32,000 nt of DNA from Nitrosococcus oceani ATCC 19707 (GCF_000012805.1 NC_007484.1:1710001-1742000), one strand, 5' to 3'; shown: positions 1 through 10,257, counted from the first letter of the stretch. Numbers and translations are program-made. Notes: generated from the sequence alone by a model not told the origin.

Positions 1-313
1 TGGGTGCAAGAATAAAGGCTATTGTCAGCACCATTTTTGGTACGAGCCCTCCATAAATTCTGTTCATTGTATTGTCTCCTTTGCAAGATCCCGTTTGACT
101 TGTTCAATCAATCTCCCCCGCTTGTGGGCGGAGGCGTTCAATATCATCCCCCCGTTTTTTAACCCAACGCCTAACAGTGATATTAGAAACGCCGCTCAAG
201 CATTTAATACCACGAAAACCAATCCCTTCAAGATAAAGTTTTATACACCGTTTTTTATAGCCTCGATACCGCGGCATTTCTGACAAGGCATAAAACTTTA
301 TCTCAAATTGCAA
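1..313 (-). mobile_element. IS1-family-like transposase fragment: InsA-like HTH ORF 104..313, in-frame TGA, then the frame stays open to the window edge
   Basis: The 69-aa ORF carries a helix-turn-helix stretch 'CIKLYLEGIGFRGIKCLSGVSNITVRRWVKK', as at the N-terminus of IS1-type transposases. After the TGA at 104-106 the same frame has no further stop down to position 1. The family call is from memory of InsA-like proteins. The element is cut by the window edge. Confidence 0.45.
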
Positions 314-394
314 TGGTCTATCCTTGAAATAGAAATTTAGAGAAAGTGTTTTGGCACGTCTATATAAAAAATAATCTCTCCTCCGGTGTTTTTA

Positions 395-1855
395 ATGAAA
401 ATAAGCCATTCCCCCAGAGCGTGTAACCGCCTACCGGTTTTAGGAATAATAGCCCTTGCTTTGCTATTCATATTCACCAGTTGCGCAAGTCATAACCTCC
501 CTTCCCTGGGGGGACAGCCAGGACAAGGCGCACTTTTTGAACCTGAAAACGGGACCATTGCCGCCTCGCCTGAGCAGACCGGGGAAGGGAAGCCATTGTT
601 TGGCGGCGTCTCATCCCCCGAGCCTGTGCTAACAGAGGGAGAAGCGCTTTCCTTGAGCAAGTTAGAGGCCCTCGCGCGGCAACACAATCCTACTTTGGCC
701 CAGGCCAAAGCCCAGATCCAGTCAGAACATGCCAAGGCCCTGGAAGCGGGGCTTTATCCCAATCCGGTCATAGGATATATCGGTGAGCAAATCAGCGTGC
801 GGGGAACCGTGGGTGAATTTCAAGGGGGATTTATCCGCCAGAAAATCGTCACGGCGGGGAAGCTGCGCTTGAGCCGTGAGAAATACCAAGCCCGCGCTTC
901 TGCCGCGGAGCTTCTTGCCCTGGCCCAGATGTACCGGGTGATTAACGCGGTGCGTATGCAGTTTTACCGGACCTTGGGCGCCGAGCGTAAGCTTGAGGTT
1001 CAACAAGAGCTGCTAGAGACGGCGGAAGATAGGCAGGTGACGGTGCAGGAGATGTTCAACGTGGGACAGGCCAATCGGGCCGATCTTCACCAGACACGGG
1101 TTCTACGCCAGGCGCAGCTACTCAATGTGCAGCAGGCGGAGAATGATTTGGCCATGGAGCGGGAAACTCTGGGAGCGATTATTGGTTTGTTGCAACCCCT
1201 GGGGGAGGTGACGGGGAAGTTGGAAGCTCCTTTGCGGCACCTGGTGTGGGAAGAGGCTCTGGAGCGGCTATTGGCGGAGAGCCCAGAGCTGGCCGCAGCC
1301 CATGCCAATCTTAAAGCCGATGAAATTATGGTGCAGCGGGAAAAAGTGGAACCTATTCCCAATCTATTTATTGAAGGCTCTGCCGGCCGAAACTTTGAGG
1401 CTTCCGAGACCGTCTATGGGGTGAGGGCTTTTGTGGAAGTACCCCTTTTTGATTGGAATCAAGGCACCATTCGGCAGGCTAAAGCAGATTGGCGACGCCA
1501 GCGCAATGAGGTGCGCCGGACGGAACTCAGCTTGCGCCAATCCTTGGCCGACTGGTTTCGCCGTTTTCGCACCGCGCTGCAAAAGGTCACGGAGTATCAA
1601 AATGTCATTTTGCCCCAATCGGAGCAGCGCTATGTCACGCGCCTTAAAAGCTATCGGGCGGATCGGGAAACCTGGCCGGGGGTGTTGGAAGCACAGCAAG
1701 ACTTTTTTCATCGTGGCCTGATTTATATTGACCAACTGGTAGCTTGGCGGCAAGCCCAGGTGGCGATTGATGGCTTTCTCTTGGTAGGGGGGCTGGAGCC
1801 GCCAGCGGGTGTGGTGCCTCCCGGTCACATTGATTCGGTACCTAAACCCCGTTAA
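395..1855 (+). CDS. Outer-membrane efflux lipoprotein, TolC/CusC/CzcC family
   Basis: Long ORF. At the ATG at 395 the N-terminus 'MKISHS...LALLFIFTSCAS' looks like a lipoprotein signal with a lipobox Cys. The two-repeat coiled, Q/A/L/R-rich body is typical of OMF proteins. The ORF-track start at 386 is a GTG three codons upstream. Confidence 0.8.
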   Translation: MKISHSPRACNRLPVLGIIALALLFIFTSCASHNLPSLGGQPGQGALFEPENGTIAASPEQTGEGKPLFGGVSSPEPVLTEGEALSLSKLEALARQHNPTLAQAKAQIQSEHAKALEAGLYPNPVIGYIGEQISVRGTVGEFQGGFIRQKIVTAGKLRLSREKYQARASAAELLALAQMYRVINAVRMQFYRTLGAERKLEVQQELLETAEDRQVTVQEMFNVGQANRADLHQTRVLRQAQLLNVQQAENDLAMERETLGAIIGLLQPLGEVTGKLEAPLRHLVWEEALERLLAESPELAAAHANLKADEIMVQREKVEPIPNLFIEGSAGRNFEASETVYGVRAFVEVPLFDWNQGTIRQAKADWRRQRNEVRRTELSLRQSLADWFRRFRTALQKVTEYQNVILPQSEQRYVTRLKSYRADRETWPGVLEAQQDFFHRGLIYIDQLVAWRQAQVAIDGFLLVGGLEPPAGVVPPGHIDSVPKPR

Positions 1856-1908
1856 GGGCGAGCCATGGCATCATGGTCCCCATAATTTCTCAAGGAGGTT
1901 GTTCATCG

Positions 1909-3327
1909 ATGAAAAAGGGCCTAAGCCGCAGGCAATTTCTGGCCACCAGCACCGCGGCAGTAGCGGCGAGCGCTTTAGGCGGAAGAGATGTCCAAGGGCA
2001 AGAGTCGACAGCCGAATCGAGACAGAAGCAGGCTAACGGTCCCGACTCTGCTCAGTCCTCTTTCTCCCGCTACTCGCGCTATCATCCGAGTTTCGGCGGT
2101 CCGCCGGAATCGGATCACTATTTGGGAAAGTTAGTGCCCGGATTGCGACAATCGGGCCTTCCGCCGGTGCCGTTCGAAGCGCCTGATTTGGGCAAGATTC
2201 CCTGGCGAATGGTGGGCGGAGTCAAAGAATTTGAGATTCGCTGCACCCCGGTGAAGCGGGAGTTTTTGCCTGGGCAGTTTATGAATGTCTGGGGGTATAA
2301 CGGTAGTCTGCCAGGACCGACCATCGAAGCTTTCCAAGGCGATCGGGTCCGTTTCGTGGTGCATAATGAATTGCCAGAGCCCACCACTTTCCATTGGCAC
2401 GGTTTGGAATTGCCCGTGCAATTTGACGGGGTGCCTGGCCTGACACAAGATTTGATTCCGCCGGGGGAAACCTATGTTTATGAGTATGATCTCCATCAGA
2501 CCGGCACCTTTTTCTATCACTCCCATGTCACCATGCAGGAATCGTTTGGAATGGCGGGCTTTTTTATCATTCACCCCCGGATAGCCTACGATCCTCCAGT
2601 AGACCGGGATTTTGGCCTGATTTTTCAGAATTTTTTTATCTCCCCAAATACCGCTACCCCTGATTCCATGGCGATGAATTGGAATTGGCACACCATTAAT
2701 GGGCGCAGCGGTCCTTATACGACTCCTTTAGTGTGCAAGCATGGGGAACGGGTACGAATACGGCTGATGGACTTTAGCCCCATGCAGCATCATCCCATTC
2801 ATCTTCATGGCCATACTTTTTGGTTGACGGGCACCGAGGCGGGGCGTATCCCGCCCAACGCATGGGTTCCTAGGAACACCACCTTGACAGGCGTGGCCAT
2901 GGCTCAGGATTTTGAGTTTATCGCTTTTAATCCGGGGGATTGGATTTTTCATTGCCATATGACGCACCATATGATGAATCACATGACTCAACAGGTGGGG
3001 CCCCGTATCCGCCAAAAAGTGGATGTGTCCCGTTACCTGGCGGATTTACCTAACCGGCCGCCGGTGGAATCTTCCCTAGCGCAGCCGGCTTTCGAGGTTC
3101 CGGGATATCCGCAAAAAATGCAGGGCATGGAGATGAACGCCGAGGCGATGCGCAAGCTTAATGAACGGCGGGAGACCCGGGGGATGCGCAAGCAGTGGCA
3201 TGAGGGCGTCAAAGGGCTGATGACCGTGCTGCGGGTGCTTCCAGAGGATCTCTATAATCGGGTGATGCATAGCGAGGAGGCCATCCAGCCAGGTGAAATC
3301 TTTGAGGCTGTAGCCCGGCGTAAATGA
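1909..3327 (+). CDS. Tat-exported multicopper oxidase (CopA/CueO-like) with a Met/His-rich segment
   Basis: Twin-arginine signal 'MKKGLSRRQFLATSTAAVAASALGG' starts at the ATG at 1909, preceded by AAGGAGG. Copper-ligand motifs are present: 'HWHG', 'YHSH', 'HPIHLHGH' and 'HCHMTHHMMNHM'. The gene lies 50 bp downstream of the OMF gene on the same strand. Confidence 0.85.
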   Translation: MKKGLSRRQFLATSTAAVAASALGGRDVQGQESTAESRQKQANGPDSAQSSFSRYSRYHPSFGGPPESDHYLGKLVPGLRQSGLPPVPFEAPDLGKIPWRMVGGVKEFEIRCTPVKREFLPGQFMNVWGYNGSLPGPTIEAFQGDRVRFVVHNELPEPTTFHWHGLELPVQFDGVPGLTQDLIPPGETYVYEYDLHQTGTFFYHSHVTMQESFGMAGFFIIHPRIAYDPPVDRDFGLIFQNFFISPNTATPDSMAMNWNWHTINGRSGPYTTPLVCKHGERVRIRLMDFSPMQHHPIHLHGHTFWLTGTEAGRIPPNAWVPRNTTLTGVAMAQDFEFIAFNPGDWIFHCHMTHHMMNHMTQQVGPRIRQKVDVSRYLADLPNRPPVESSLAQPAFEVPGYPQKMQGMEMNAEAMRKLNERRETRGMRKQWHEGVKGLMTVLRVLPEDLYNRVMHSEEAIQPGEIFEAVARRK

Positions 3328-3399
3328 GTAAAGGGTGGACAATTTTTGATAGTTTCCTGGGGACTGGAAGTTACCCCCGCTACTCCCTGTCAAAGGGGA

Positions 3400-4183
3400 T
3401 TATTCTTTTCTGACCCGGAATTTTTGCCCTTCCCGCCTGATGGTATAACGATTCCCGTTATTGGGCTGTACAAAGGTATTTTCTTGCTGGTCTGGCCAAT
3501 GAAAGCGCAAATTTTCTGAGCGGCACAGCTGGTGGGTTCGGATGGCCCGCGGCGGAAGGGGGAACAGCTGGCTGCCGAGTTCATACTGAATGGCGGTAGC
3601 CGTGTTATTGACGACCTGAAATTCGATGCGCAGGGATTTTGGGCGGCCAAACATTTGCACTGCGTAATAGTAGCCACTCTGTTTACTTCGCGCTACCGCC
3701 ACCCCAACTTCCGTCACCCCTGGATCGAGCATGTTCTTGCGGTGTCCTGGCGAGGACTTCCATCCTTGGAAAAAACCTTGGATTAATTCCTCGGTGGTGA
3801 AGCCTGCCGTATCGAATTGAAAGGCGATATTCTCGGAAACGATGCAATATCGATAACCGTATCTACTCGCACGTTCCGCCGGTTGGTTGCCATCCGCATT
3901 GTGACCATACTGGTCAGTGCGGGCCATAAATTCCGCGAAATACCGGGAGGCTTCCTTAAGCTTGGGGCTGACTGTCAACTTTTGGCGGCCTTTCTCCTGG
4001 CGGAAGGTGTTCGTGCGGTTGATGATTCCTTTCGCTGCTTTGGTTAGGTGGGGAGAACTTTTCTCTTGCCGAGGCTGAGCCTTTCTCTTGCCGAGGCTGA
4101 GCCGCATCGGCAACTTGGCTATAAGTAAAGATAGGAAGGAGAAATGCCGCAAAAAGGAAGATTAAAAGACTTTGTCGGTACAT
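3400..4183 (-). pseudogene. Secreted CAP/SCP (YkwD-like) domain protein, frame-disrupted by a 22-bp tandem duplication
   Basis: CAP motifs 'QYGHNADG...RYGYRYCIVSENIAF' and 'GWKSSPGHRKNMLDPGVTEVGVAVA' lie in ORF 3400..4152. A good signal peptide, 'MYRQSLLIFLFAAFLLPIFTYSQVADA', lies in the other frame (ORF 3956..4183). Removing one 22-bp repeat unit fuses the two into a single 253-codon frame. Confidence 0.7.
4060..4103. repeat. Exact 2 x 22-bp tandem direct repeat (tttctcttgccgaggctgagcc)
   Basis: Read directly: 4060-4081 is identical to 4082-4103. The unit length is not a multiple of 3. Confidence 0.95.
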
Positions 4184-4216
4184 CCTCTCTGGTCGCCTCT
4201 CTCAATGAAACTCTTT

Positions 4217-4648
4217 TTATTTCCGCGCTAGCCGCTGATAAGCGCCGGCAGCGGCGACACCAAACACAAGGTGAGCAGCGAGGGTAATTCCGTCCCGTAC
4301 TTCGGTAAACCAGGGAAAGAGGAGGGTTAAACCGTATAAGTTGAGGGCATAAATCGCTAGCCCGAAAACGACGCCTGTCAGCAGACTCATCCCCCAGGAC
4401 TGGCGATGAATGGCCCACGCCAGCAGCATGCCGTAAAAAACGGATAGCACAAAATGAATAGCTGCTGCTACGATCATAATTCCTGGACTGAAGCGGATGG
4501 GCGGGGGGAGAACGGCTTCGCCCATTACCAGGGCCGCCGTTAATTGAGTGTCTCGAAGTAAGGGGTTCAGAATGTCGTCGATGAAGATCCACCACATCAC
4601 TCCCTGGGCCAGGGTCGCCAACACACCTGCAATAATGCCGGCCCACAT
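4217..4648 (-). CDS. Small integral membrane protein of unknown function (about 4 TM segments)
   Basis: Hydrophobic ORF. The likely start is 'MWAGIIAGVLATLAQG' at 4648 rather than the track start at 4708. I recognised no family. Confidence 0.5.
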   Translation of the reverse strand: MWAGIIAGVLATLAQGVMWWIFIDDILNPLLRDTQLTAALVMGEAVLPPPIRFSPGIMIVAAAIHFVLSVFYGMLLAWAIHRQSWGMSLLTGVVFGLAIYALNLYGLTLLFPWFTEVRDGITLAAHLVFGVAAAGAYQRLARK

Positions 4649-5001
4649 TGCGGCACCCCTATCGATAGAGGAGAAAGAGCAAGGGAGCGGGGGGTTAGAG
4701 CGGCGCATTAGGAGACATCTGTATTCTAATAGAGGATTTCAGTGGAAATATGTCGCAAATTAAAACCAAAATAACTGCGCTTACGGGCATAATAAAATTC
4801 TGTTGTATATTTTACATGATATAGGGATGAATCGTTACTTACCCCCATGTTATCTTTAGTTACTAACCTTACTTTTTCCGGCCTATCCATCTGCCTCGCT
4901 TTATCTAACTCTACTCATGGCAGGATACAATGAAGCACTTAACTATATAATATAGGTCTATAGGTCGCTTTTTCTTGCGGTGATGATATTAGGGACTTAC
5001 A

Positions 5002-6108
5002 GTGAATTTTAAAGGTTATTCGGATTACCGCCATGATACGGTTGCCCGTATCGGCGTTTTGGTGGCCAGTCTAGGAACACCAGAAGCGCCTACGGCATCT
5101 GCGGTGCGGCGCTTTTTAGCTAGCTTCTTATCTGATCCGCGTGTGGTGGAGTTGCCCCGTCCTTTATGGTGGCTTATTCTCCATGGCATTATTTTGCGTA
5201 TTCGGCCATCCCCAGTGGCTCGTCTGTATCAAAGTATCTGGCGGGAAGATGGATCTCCACTGCTGAGTTTTGCCCGGCGTGTGGGACAAAGCCTGCAAGC
5301 TGAATTGGATAGCCGGGGAAGGTCTATTGAAATAAGGTTAGGAATGCGTCACGGCTCGCCTTCCATCGAAACGGCGCTGGAGGAACTGCGCCAGTCGGGA
5401 GCCCAGCGGCTATTGGTTTTTCCTCTTTATCCCCAGTACTCGGGAAGTACTACCGGCTCTACCTTTGATGCGGTAGCCCAAGTGCTTTCCACTTGGCGCT
5501 GGGTGCCGGAATTGCGGATGATTGCTCAATACCATGATCATTCCGGCTACCTTGAGGCATTGGCGGAGACGATTCGGCGTAGCTGGAAAGAGGCGGGGCG
5601 GGGAGAGCGCTTGCTTATTTCTTTCCATGGCCTGCCGAAACGGTACTTACTAGCCGGCGATCCCTATCATTGCCAGTGCCAAAAAACCGCTCGCCTTTTG
5701 GCAGAGCGATTAGGATTAAAAGAGGGCGAATGGCAAATAGCTTTTCAGTCCCGTTTTGGCCGTGAAGAATGGCTTAAGCCCTATGCTGATCACCTCTTGC
5801 AAGCCTGGGCCGAAGCCGGAATAAAACGGGTGGATGTCGTTTGCCCTGGGTTTGCTGTCGATTGTTTAGAAACTCTGGAAGAGATGGCCCAGCGTAACAG
5901 GGAACTGTTTTTACACGCAGGAGGAGAAGAGTATCGCTATATTCCCGCGCTTAACGATGAGTCTGCCCATATCCGTGCTTTGACCGATCTGGTTGAGCAA
6001 CATATCCAAGGGTGGTCCGAAGCCGATTTAGGTGGGGGGCGGGAGGCGACGGGTCAAGCCGCCGAGAGAAGCCGTCAACGGGCTTTGGCGCTTGGCGCTA
6101 AGCAATAA
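5002..6108 (+). CDS. hemH: Ferrochelatase
   Basis: Family-typical stretches are 'IGVLVASLGTPEAPT', 'LLVFPLYPQYSGSTTGS', 'LLISFHGLPKRYLLAGDPYHCQC' and 'FQSRFGREEWLKPY'. The start is GTG. Confidence 0.92.
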   Translation: MNFKGYSDYRHDTVARIGVLVASLGTPEAPTASAVRRFLASFLSDPRVVELPRPLWWLILHGIILRIRPSPVARLYQSIWREDGSPLLSFARRVGQSLQAELDSRGRSIEIRLGMRHGSPSIETALEELRQSGAQRLLVFPLYPQYSGSTTGSTFDAVAQVLSTWRWVPELRMIAQYHDHSGYLEALAETIRRSWKEAGRGERLLISFHGLPKRYLLAGDPYHCQCQKTARLLAERLGLKEGEWQIAFQSRFGREEWLKPYADHLLQAWAEAGIKRVDVVCPGFAVDCLETLEEMAQRNRELFLHAGGEEYRYIPALNDESAHIRALTDLVEQHIQGWSEADLGGGREATGQAAERSRQRALALGAKQ

Positions 6109-6251
6109 GTGGATGAGCTAACTATGGCGGGATGCAAAGTGTGGTTTACGTCACCGGTCCCGAGACTGAAAAGCCAAGACTGTCTACCCTGAAGGGGCCT
6201 TAGCGTAATTCTTCCCGCGGCTGACGTTGCGGGTTTCCTTGCGGAGGATGT

Positions 6252-6911
6252 ATGAAATCTCATCGAGAAATGTTGCGGGGTATCCAGCGGGAAGCCGGTA
6301 TTACTCAACGCTGGATTGGCAAGGAATCGCTCGATAGGCGGGTTATGGAAGCTATGAAGGCGGTGCCGCGTCATGAGTTTGTGCCGGATGAACAACGTCC
6401 TTATGCCTATGATGATGCTCCTCTAGCTATCGGGTGTGGACAGACCATTTCCCAGCCTTATATCGTTGCTTTGATGACTGATCTTTTAGATTCCACACCT
6501 GATGATATCATCCTGGAGGTGGGAACAGGTTCAGGATACCAAGCGGCGGTTCTCTCCAGGCTAGTAAAAAAAGTCTATACCATTGAAACTATTGAGGAAC
6601 TAGCGCAACAAGCCGAGGCTCGGCTGGAGCGGCTTGGTTATTCTAATGTTGAGGTTCAAACTGCGGATGGTTATTTTGGCTGGCCGGAACAGGCACCCTT
6701 TGATGGGATCATGGTAACTGCGGCGGCACCTTCAATTCCCAAGCCCTTGATCGATCAGCTCAAGCCAGAAGCGCGATTGGTGCTTCCCCTGGGAGCCGGT
6801 TCTCCCCAGGAGCTTATGGTGGTAACAAAAAAAGAAAACGATGAAATCGATATCCATCGTGTGCTGGGGGTGTCTTTTGTGCCTTTAACGGGAAAGCATG
6901 AGGTACCGTAA
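6252..6911 (+). CDS. pcm: Protein-L-isoaspartate O-methyltransferase
   Basis: 'GQTISQPYIVALMTDLL' and the SAM-binding 'ILEVGTGSGYQAAVLS' are classic PIMT motifs. The 219-aa length also fits. Confidence 0.92.
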   Translation: MKSHREMLRGIQREAGITQRWIGKESLDRRVMEAMKAVPRHEFVPDEQRPYAYDDAPLAIGCGQTISQPYIVALMTDLLDSTPDDIILEVGTGSGYQAAVLSRLVKKVYTIETIEELAQQAEARLERLGYSNVEVQTADGYFGWPEQAPFDGIMVTAAAPSIPKPLIDQLKPEARLVLPLGAGSPQELMVVTKKENDEIDIHRVLGVSFVPLTGKHEVP

Positions 6912-6917
6912 AGCCCT

Positions 6918-8261
6918 ATGCAGCATGAGCTACAATCTATTTCTTCATTGCTTTTTGGTATTGCCATTGTACTATTGGGTTCGGGCCTATTAGGCACCTT
7001 AGTGGGGGTGCAAGCCAATCAGGAGCAATTCAGTTCCACGGTTATTGGTTTTATCCAATCTGCCTTTTTTCTGGGCTATGTGCTAGGAACCTTCCTTTGT
7101 CCCCTTCTAATCAAGCGCGTAGGGCATATCCGCGTTTTTGCCACCATGGCCGCGTTAGGGTCGGCAACAGCGATGGGCTTTGCACTTTGGGTCCATCCTC
7201 TCTGGTGGGTTCTATTGCGGATGGTTTTGGGAATTTCGGTAGTAGGGCTTTATATGGTGGTTGAAAGCTGGCTCAATGAGCAGTCTTCCCACCATAGCCG
7301 GGGCCGGGTGTTCGCCATTTACATGAGCATTACGTTGATGGCCTTGGGGTTTAGTCAGTTTCTTCTTTTAATAGAGGATAATCATGGCTTTATCCGTTTT
7401 GCCTTGACCGCCGTGTTGTTTTCCCTAGCCCTGATTCCGGTTGCGTTGACCCAGACGCTGGAACCAAAACCGATCTCCGCGCCACGCTCGAATCTTAAAG
7501 AACTTTATTTAGTCTCGCCCCTAGGGGTTGTGGGAGCTTTGGTGGCCGGCCTTGCCAGTGGCGCCTTTTGGGGGATGGGAGCAGTGTTTGCCCAGAATAT
7601 TGGTCTCTCGGTCTCCAGTACCTCCGTGTTTATGAGCACAGTTATCTTTGGAGGCGCCCTGCTACTATGGCCGGTGGGCTATTTATCGGATCGTTGGGAT
7701 CGGCGCAGAGTGCTCATCATGGTTAGCTTTACCAGTGTGGCTAGCGTGTTGGGCGCCGCCCTTGTTTTAGATGCTTCAACGCCGATGCTGCTGTTGCTTG
7801 CCTTTCTTTACGGGGGGGTTTCTTTTTCCGTTTATGCCCTGGCCGTGGCTCACTTAAACGATCACCTTAAGCCTGGGGAAGTACTAGAAGCGACTCGGGG
7901 GATTCTGTTAGTTTATGGGGCTGGTTCCGCTCTGGGGCCCTTGATTGCTGGTTTTTGCATGGCGGTTTGGGGTCCCTCCGGTTTACTAGACTATTTAGCG
8001 GCTATTTTGGCGTTGCTCGGGCTGTTTGGCCTTTACCGCACCCAGCGGAGTGCTCCCATACCGGCTGAAGAACAGGGGGAATTCGTTCCCATGATACGAA
8101 CTTCTCAAGCTGTCCTTGAAATGTATCCAGAGGCCGATCTGGAGCCAGAATTGGACTTAGCGTTGAGTACTGATTTTGAGGAAGAAGCAGAGCCTGAATC
8201 CCCGCCGGATTCTTTTAGCATGGACTGGGACTCTCCGGATTATGAGCAAGAGAGAAAATAG
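6918..8261 (+). CDS. MFS transporter with an acidic C-terminal tail
   Basis: About 12 hydrophobic segments, and an MFS loop motif 'GYLSDRWDRRRV'. The last ~60 aa are strongly acidic. The start is 6 nt after the pcm stop. Confidence 0.8.
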   Translation: MQHELQSISSLLFGIAIVLLGSGLLGTLVGVQANQEQFSSTVIGFIQSAFFLGYVLGTFLCPLLIKRVGHIRVFATMAALGSATAMGFALWVHPLWWVLLRMVLGISVVGLYMVVESWLNEQSSHHSRGRVFAIYMSITLMALGFSQFLLLIEDNHGFIRFALTAVLFSLALIPVALTQTLEPKPISAPRSNLKELYLVSPLGVVGALVAGLASGAFWGMGAVFAQNIGLSVSSTSVFMSTVIFGGALLLWPVGYLSDRWDRRRVLIMVSFTSVASVLGAALVLDASTPMLLLLAFLYGGVSFSVYALAVAHLNDHLKPGEVLEATRGILLVYGAGSALGPLIAGFCMAVWGPSGLLDYLAAILALLGLFGLYRTQRSAPIPAEEQGEFVPMIRTSQAVLEMYPEADLEPELDLALSTDFEEEAEPESPPDSFSMDWDSPDYEQERK

Positions 8262-8286
8262 TGGGCCTTGGTCTAGAGGCTAAAAT

Positions 8287-9333
8287 TCAAAGAATGGGAG
8301 GTTCTTCGGGATGGGCCATACCGTTGCCCGGGCCATATTCCTGTTGAAAGGCTTCTAAGGCTTCAGCAACCGTTTCTGGTTTTCCAAACTGAGCTAGGTG
8401 ATAGAGAGCTTCCCCTTCATGCACCAATGGCAGGTTGGTGCGTCCCACCACAATGCCCGAGAAAGGGGCGATTACTGTCTCGGTCTTTTCTCCAAAAGGA
8501 TCGGCCAGCATAGCCATGGTATCGCCTTTTTTGACATGATCGCCAAGGGCGGTAAGGGAGCGCAGGATACCGCTTTGGGGCGCCCTGACCCAGTTTGAAG
8601 AGCGCGCCACCACGGGTTCGGCCCGAGGTTTTTTCCTTTGACGTGGGGGAAGCATTTCCAGTTCCCGCATCACCGAGACAATTCCACTGACACCGGCGCG
8701 GATTGCAAACTCGTTAAAGCGTAATGCTTCCCCCCCTTCATACACTAATACGGGGATGCCGAAATCAGCCACCGCGTGGCGTAGTGAGCCGTCCCGCAGA
8801 TCGGAGTTGAGGATGACGGGGGAGCCAAACGCATGGGCTAATCGTTTGGTCTCGGGGTTATCCACCAAGGTGCGGATCTGGGGTAAATTGTCCCGGTGGA
8901 TAGCTGCGGTATGGAGATCAATTCCGTGGGTACAGCGGGCGACGATTTCTTCCATGAATAGATAGGCTAGACGGGCGGCCAGGGAGCCAGTTTTAGAGCC
9001 GGGAAAGGAGCGATTAAGATCCCGCCGGTCAGGAAGATAGCGGGATTGATTAACAAAGCCATAGACATTGACCACGGGCACGGTGAGTAAGGTTCCCCGA
9101 AGCCGCTGTAGAATGCGAAGCCCCACTAAGCGGCGGATGATTTCAATCCCATTAATTTCATCCCCGTGAATGGCTGCGCTGATAAACAATTTAGGCCCCG
9201 AGCGTTTTCCATTAATGACTTGGATCGGCATGGAGACGGCGGTATGGGTGTAGAGCTGGGGGACGCTAAGATCCAATGTGATCCGTTCACCCGGGCCTAT
9301 CTGGTGGGCCCCGATCTGAAAAGCCTCGCCCAT
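8287..9333 (-). CDS. Succinylglutamate desuccinylase/aspartoacylase (AstE/AspA) family zinc hydrolase, M14-carboxypeptidase-like
   Basis: Family motifs 'AAIHGDEINGIEI', 'DLNRSFPGS' and 'GIDLHTAA'. Its ATG lies 3 nt after the rimK stop (TGAACCATG), which indicates translational coupling. Confidence 0.85.
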   Translation of the reverse strand: MGEAFQIGAHQIGPGERITLDLSVPQLYTHTAVSMPIQVINGKRSGPKLFISAAIHGDEINGIEIIRRLVGLRILQRLRGTLLTVPVVNVYGFVNQSRYLPDRRDLNRSFPGSKTGSLAARLAYLFMEEIVARCTHGIDLHTAAIHRDNLPQIRTLVDNPETKRLAHAFGSPVILNSDLRDGSLRHAVADFGIPVLVYEGGEALRFNEFAIRAGVSGIVSVMRELEMLPPRQRKKPRAEPVVARSSNWVRAPQSGILRSLTALGDHVKKGDTMAMLADPFGEKTETVIAPFSGIVVGRTNLPLVHEGEALYHLAQFGKPETVAEALEAFQQEYGPGNGMAHPEEPPIL

Positions 9334-9336
9334 GGT

Positions 9337-10242
9337 TCAGCCTTTACCGCGGGTTCGGGTTCGGCCTCGCGTGGCATTTTTCTCGATAAACTCGATGACT
9401 TTTGTGGCTACATCCTTGCCGGTTGCAGATTCGATTCCTTCCAGGCCCGGGGAGGAATTCACTTCCATGACCAGCGGGCCGTGGTTTGAGCGTAGAATGT
9501 CAACCCCAGCCACGTTTAAACCCATGGTTTGAGCGGCCCGGATAGCCGTGGAGCGTTCTTCTGGGGTAATGCGAACCAGGCTGGCACTGCCCCCCCGGTG
9601 GAGATTGGAGCGAAATTCGCCCTCAGGAGCTTGTCGTTTCATGGCGGCGACTACCTTATCGCCAATGATAAAACAGCGGATATCAGACCCCGCCGTTTCT
9701 TTAATAAACTCTTGCACTAAAATGTGCGTTTTAAGCCCCATGAAGGCTTCGATAACGCTTTGAGCCGCTTTTTTATTCTCGGCTAATACGACCCCGATGC
9801 CCTGGGTGCCTTCCAGGAGTTTGATAACAACTGGTGCGCCGCCTACCATTTTGATGAGATCATCGATCTCATCAGGCGCGTGGGCAAACCCGGTGACTGG
9901 CAAGCCAATTCCTTTTCGTGCCAGAAGCTGCAAGGAACGTAATTTATCGCGGGAGCGGGTGATGGCGACGGATTCACTGAGTGGATATACCCCAATCATT
10001 TCAAATTGCCGTAGCACGGCCGTACCATAAAAGGTGACTGACGCTCCAATTCGGGGAATCACCGCATCAAAGCCGGTCAGGTCTTCCCCCTTGTAGTGAA
10101 TGGAGGGCCGGTGGGAGGCAATATTCATATAACAGCGCAGCACATCCAGGACGCGGACCTCGTGTCCCCGCGTTTTAGCTGCCTCTACCAGCCGCCGGGT
10201 CGAGTATAGTTTGGCATTACGGGATAGAACCGCAATTTTCAT
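9337..10242 (-). CDS. rimK: Ribosomal protein S6 L-glutamate ligase (ATP-grasp)
   Basis: N-terminus '[29 protein letters not shown]' plus ATP-grasp body '[16 protein letters not shown]', '[10 protein letters not shown]' and '[26 protein letters not shown]' match RimK closely. Confidence 0.92.
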   Translation of the reverse strand: MKIAVLSRNAKLYSTRRLVEAAKTRGHEVRVLDVLRCYMNIASHRPSIHYKGEDLTGFDAVIPRIGASVTFYGTAVLRQFEMIGVYPLSESVAITRSRDKLRSLQLLARKGIGLPVTGFAHAPDEIDDLIKMVGGAPVVIKLLEGTQGIGVVLAENKKAAQSVIEAFMGLKTHILVQEFIKETAGSDIRCFIIGDKVVAAMKRQAPEGEFRSNLHRGGSASLVRITPEERSTAIRAAQTMGLNVAGVDILRSNHGPLVMEVNSSPGLEGIESATGKDVATKVIEFIEKNATRGRTRTRGKG

Positions 10243-10257
10243 GATAGGGACTCCTTT

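Noticed and set aside
1364-2691. Long antisense ORFs inside larger genes. Examples are 1364..1828 (154 aa) and 2131..2691 (186 aa), and likewise 4119..4646, 13787..14179, 15668..16027 and 24789..25184.
   Set aside because: Each lies wholly inside, and opposite to, a gene with strong family motifs. Their translations are low-complexity or Arg/Pro/Ser-rich with no recognisable domain. They are treated as shadow ORFs.
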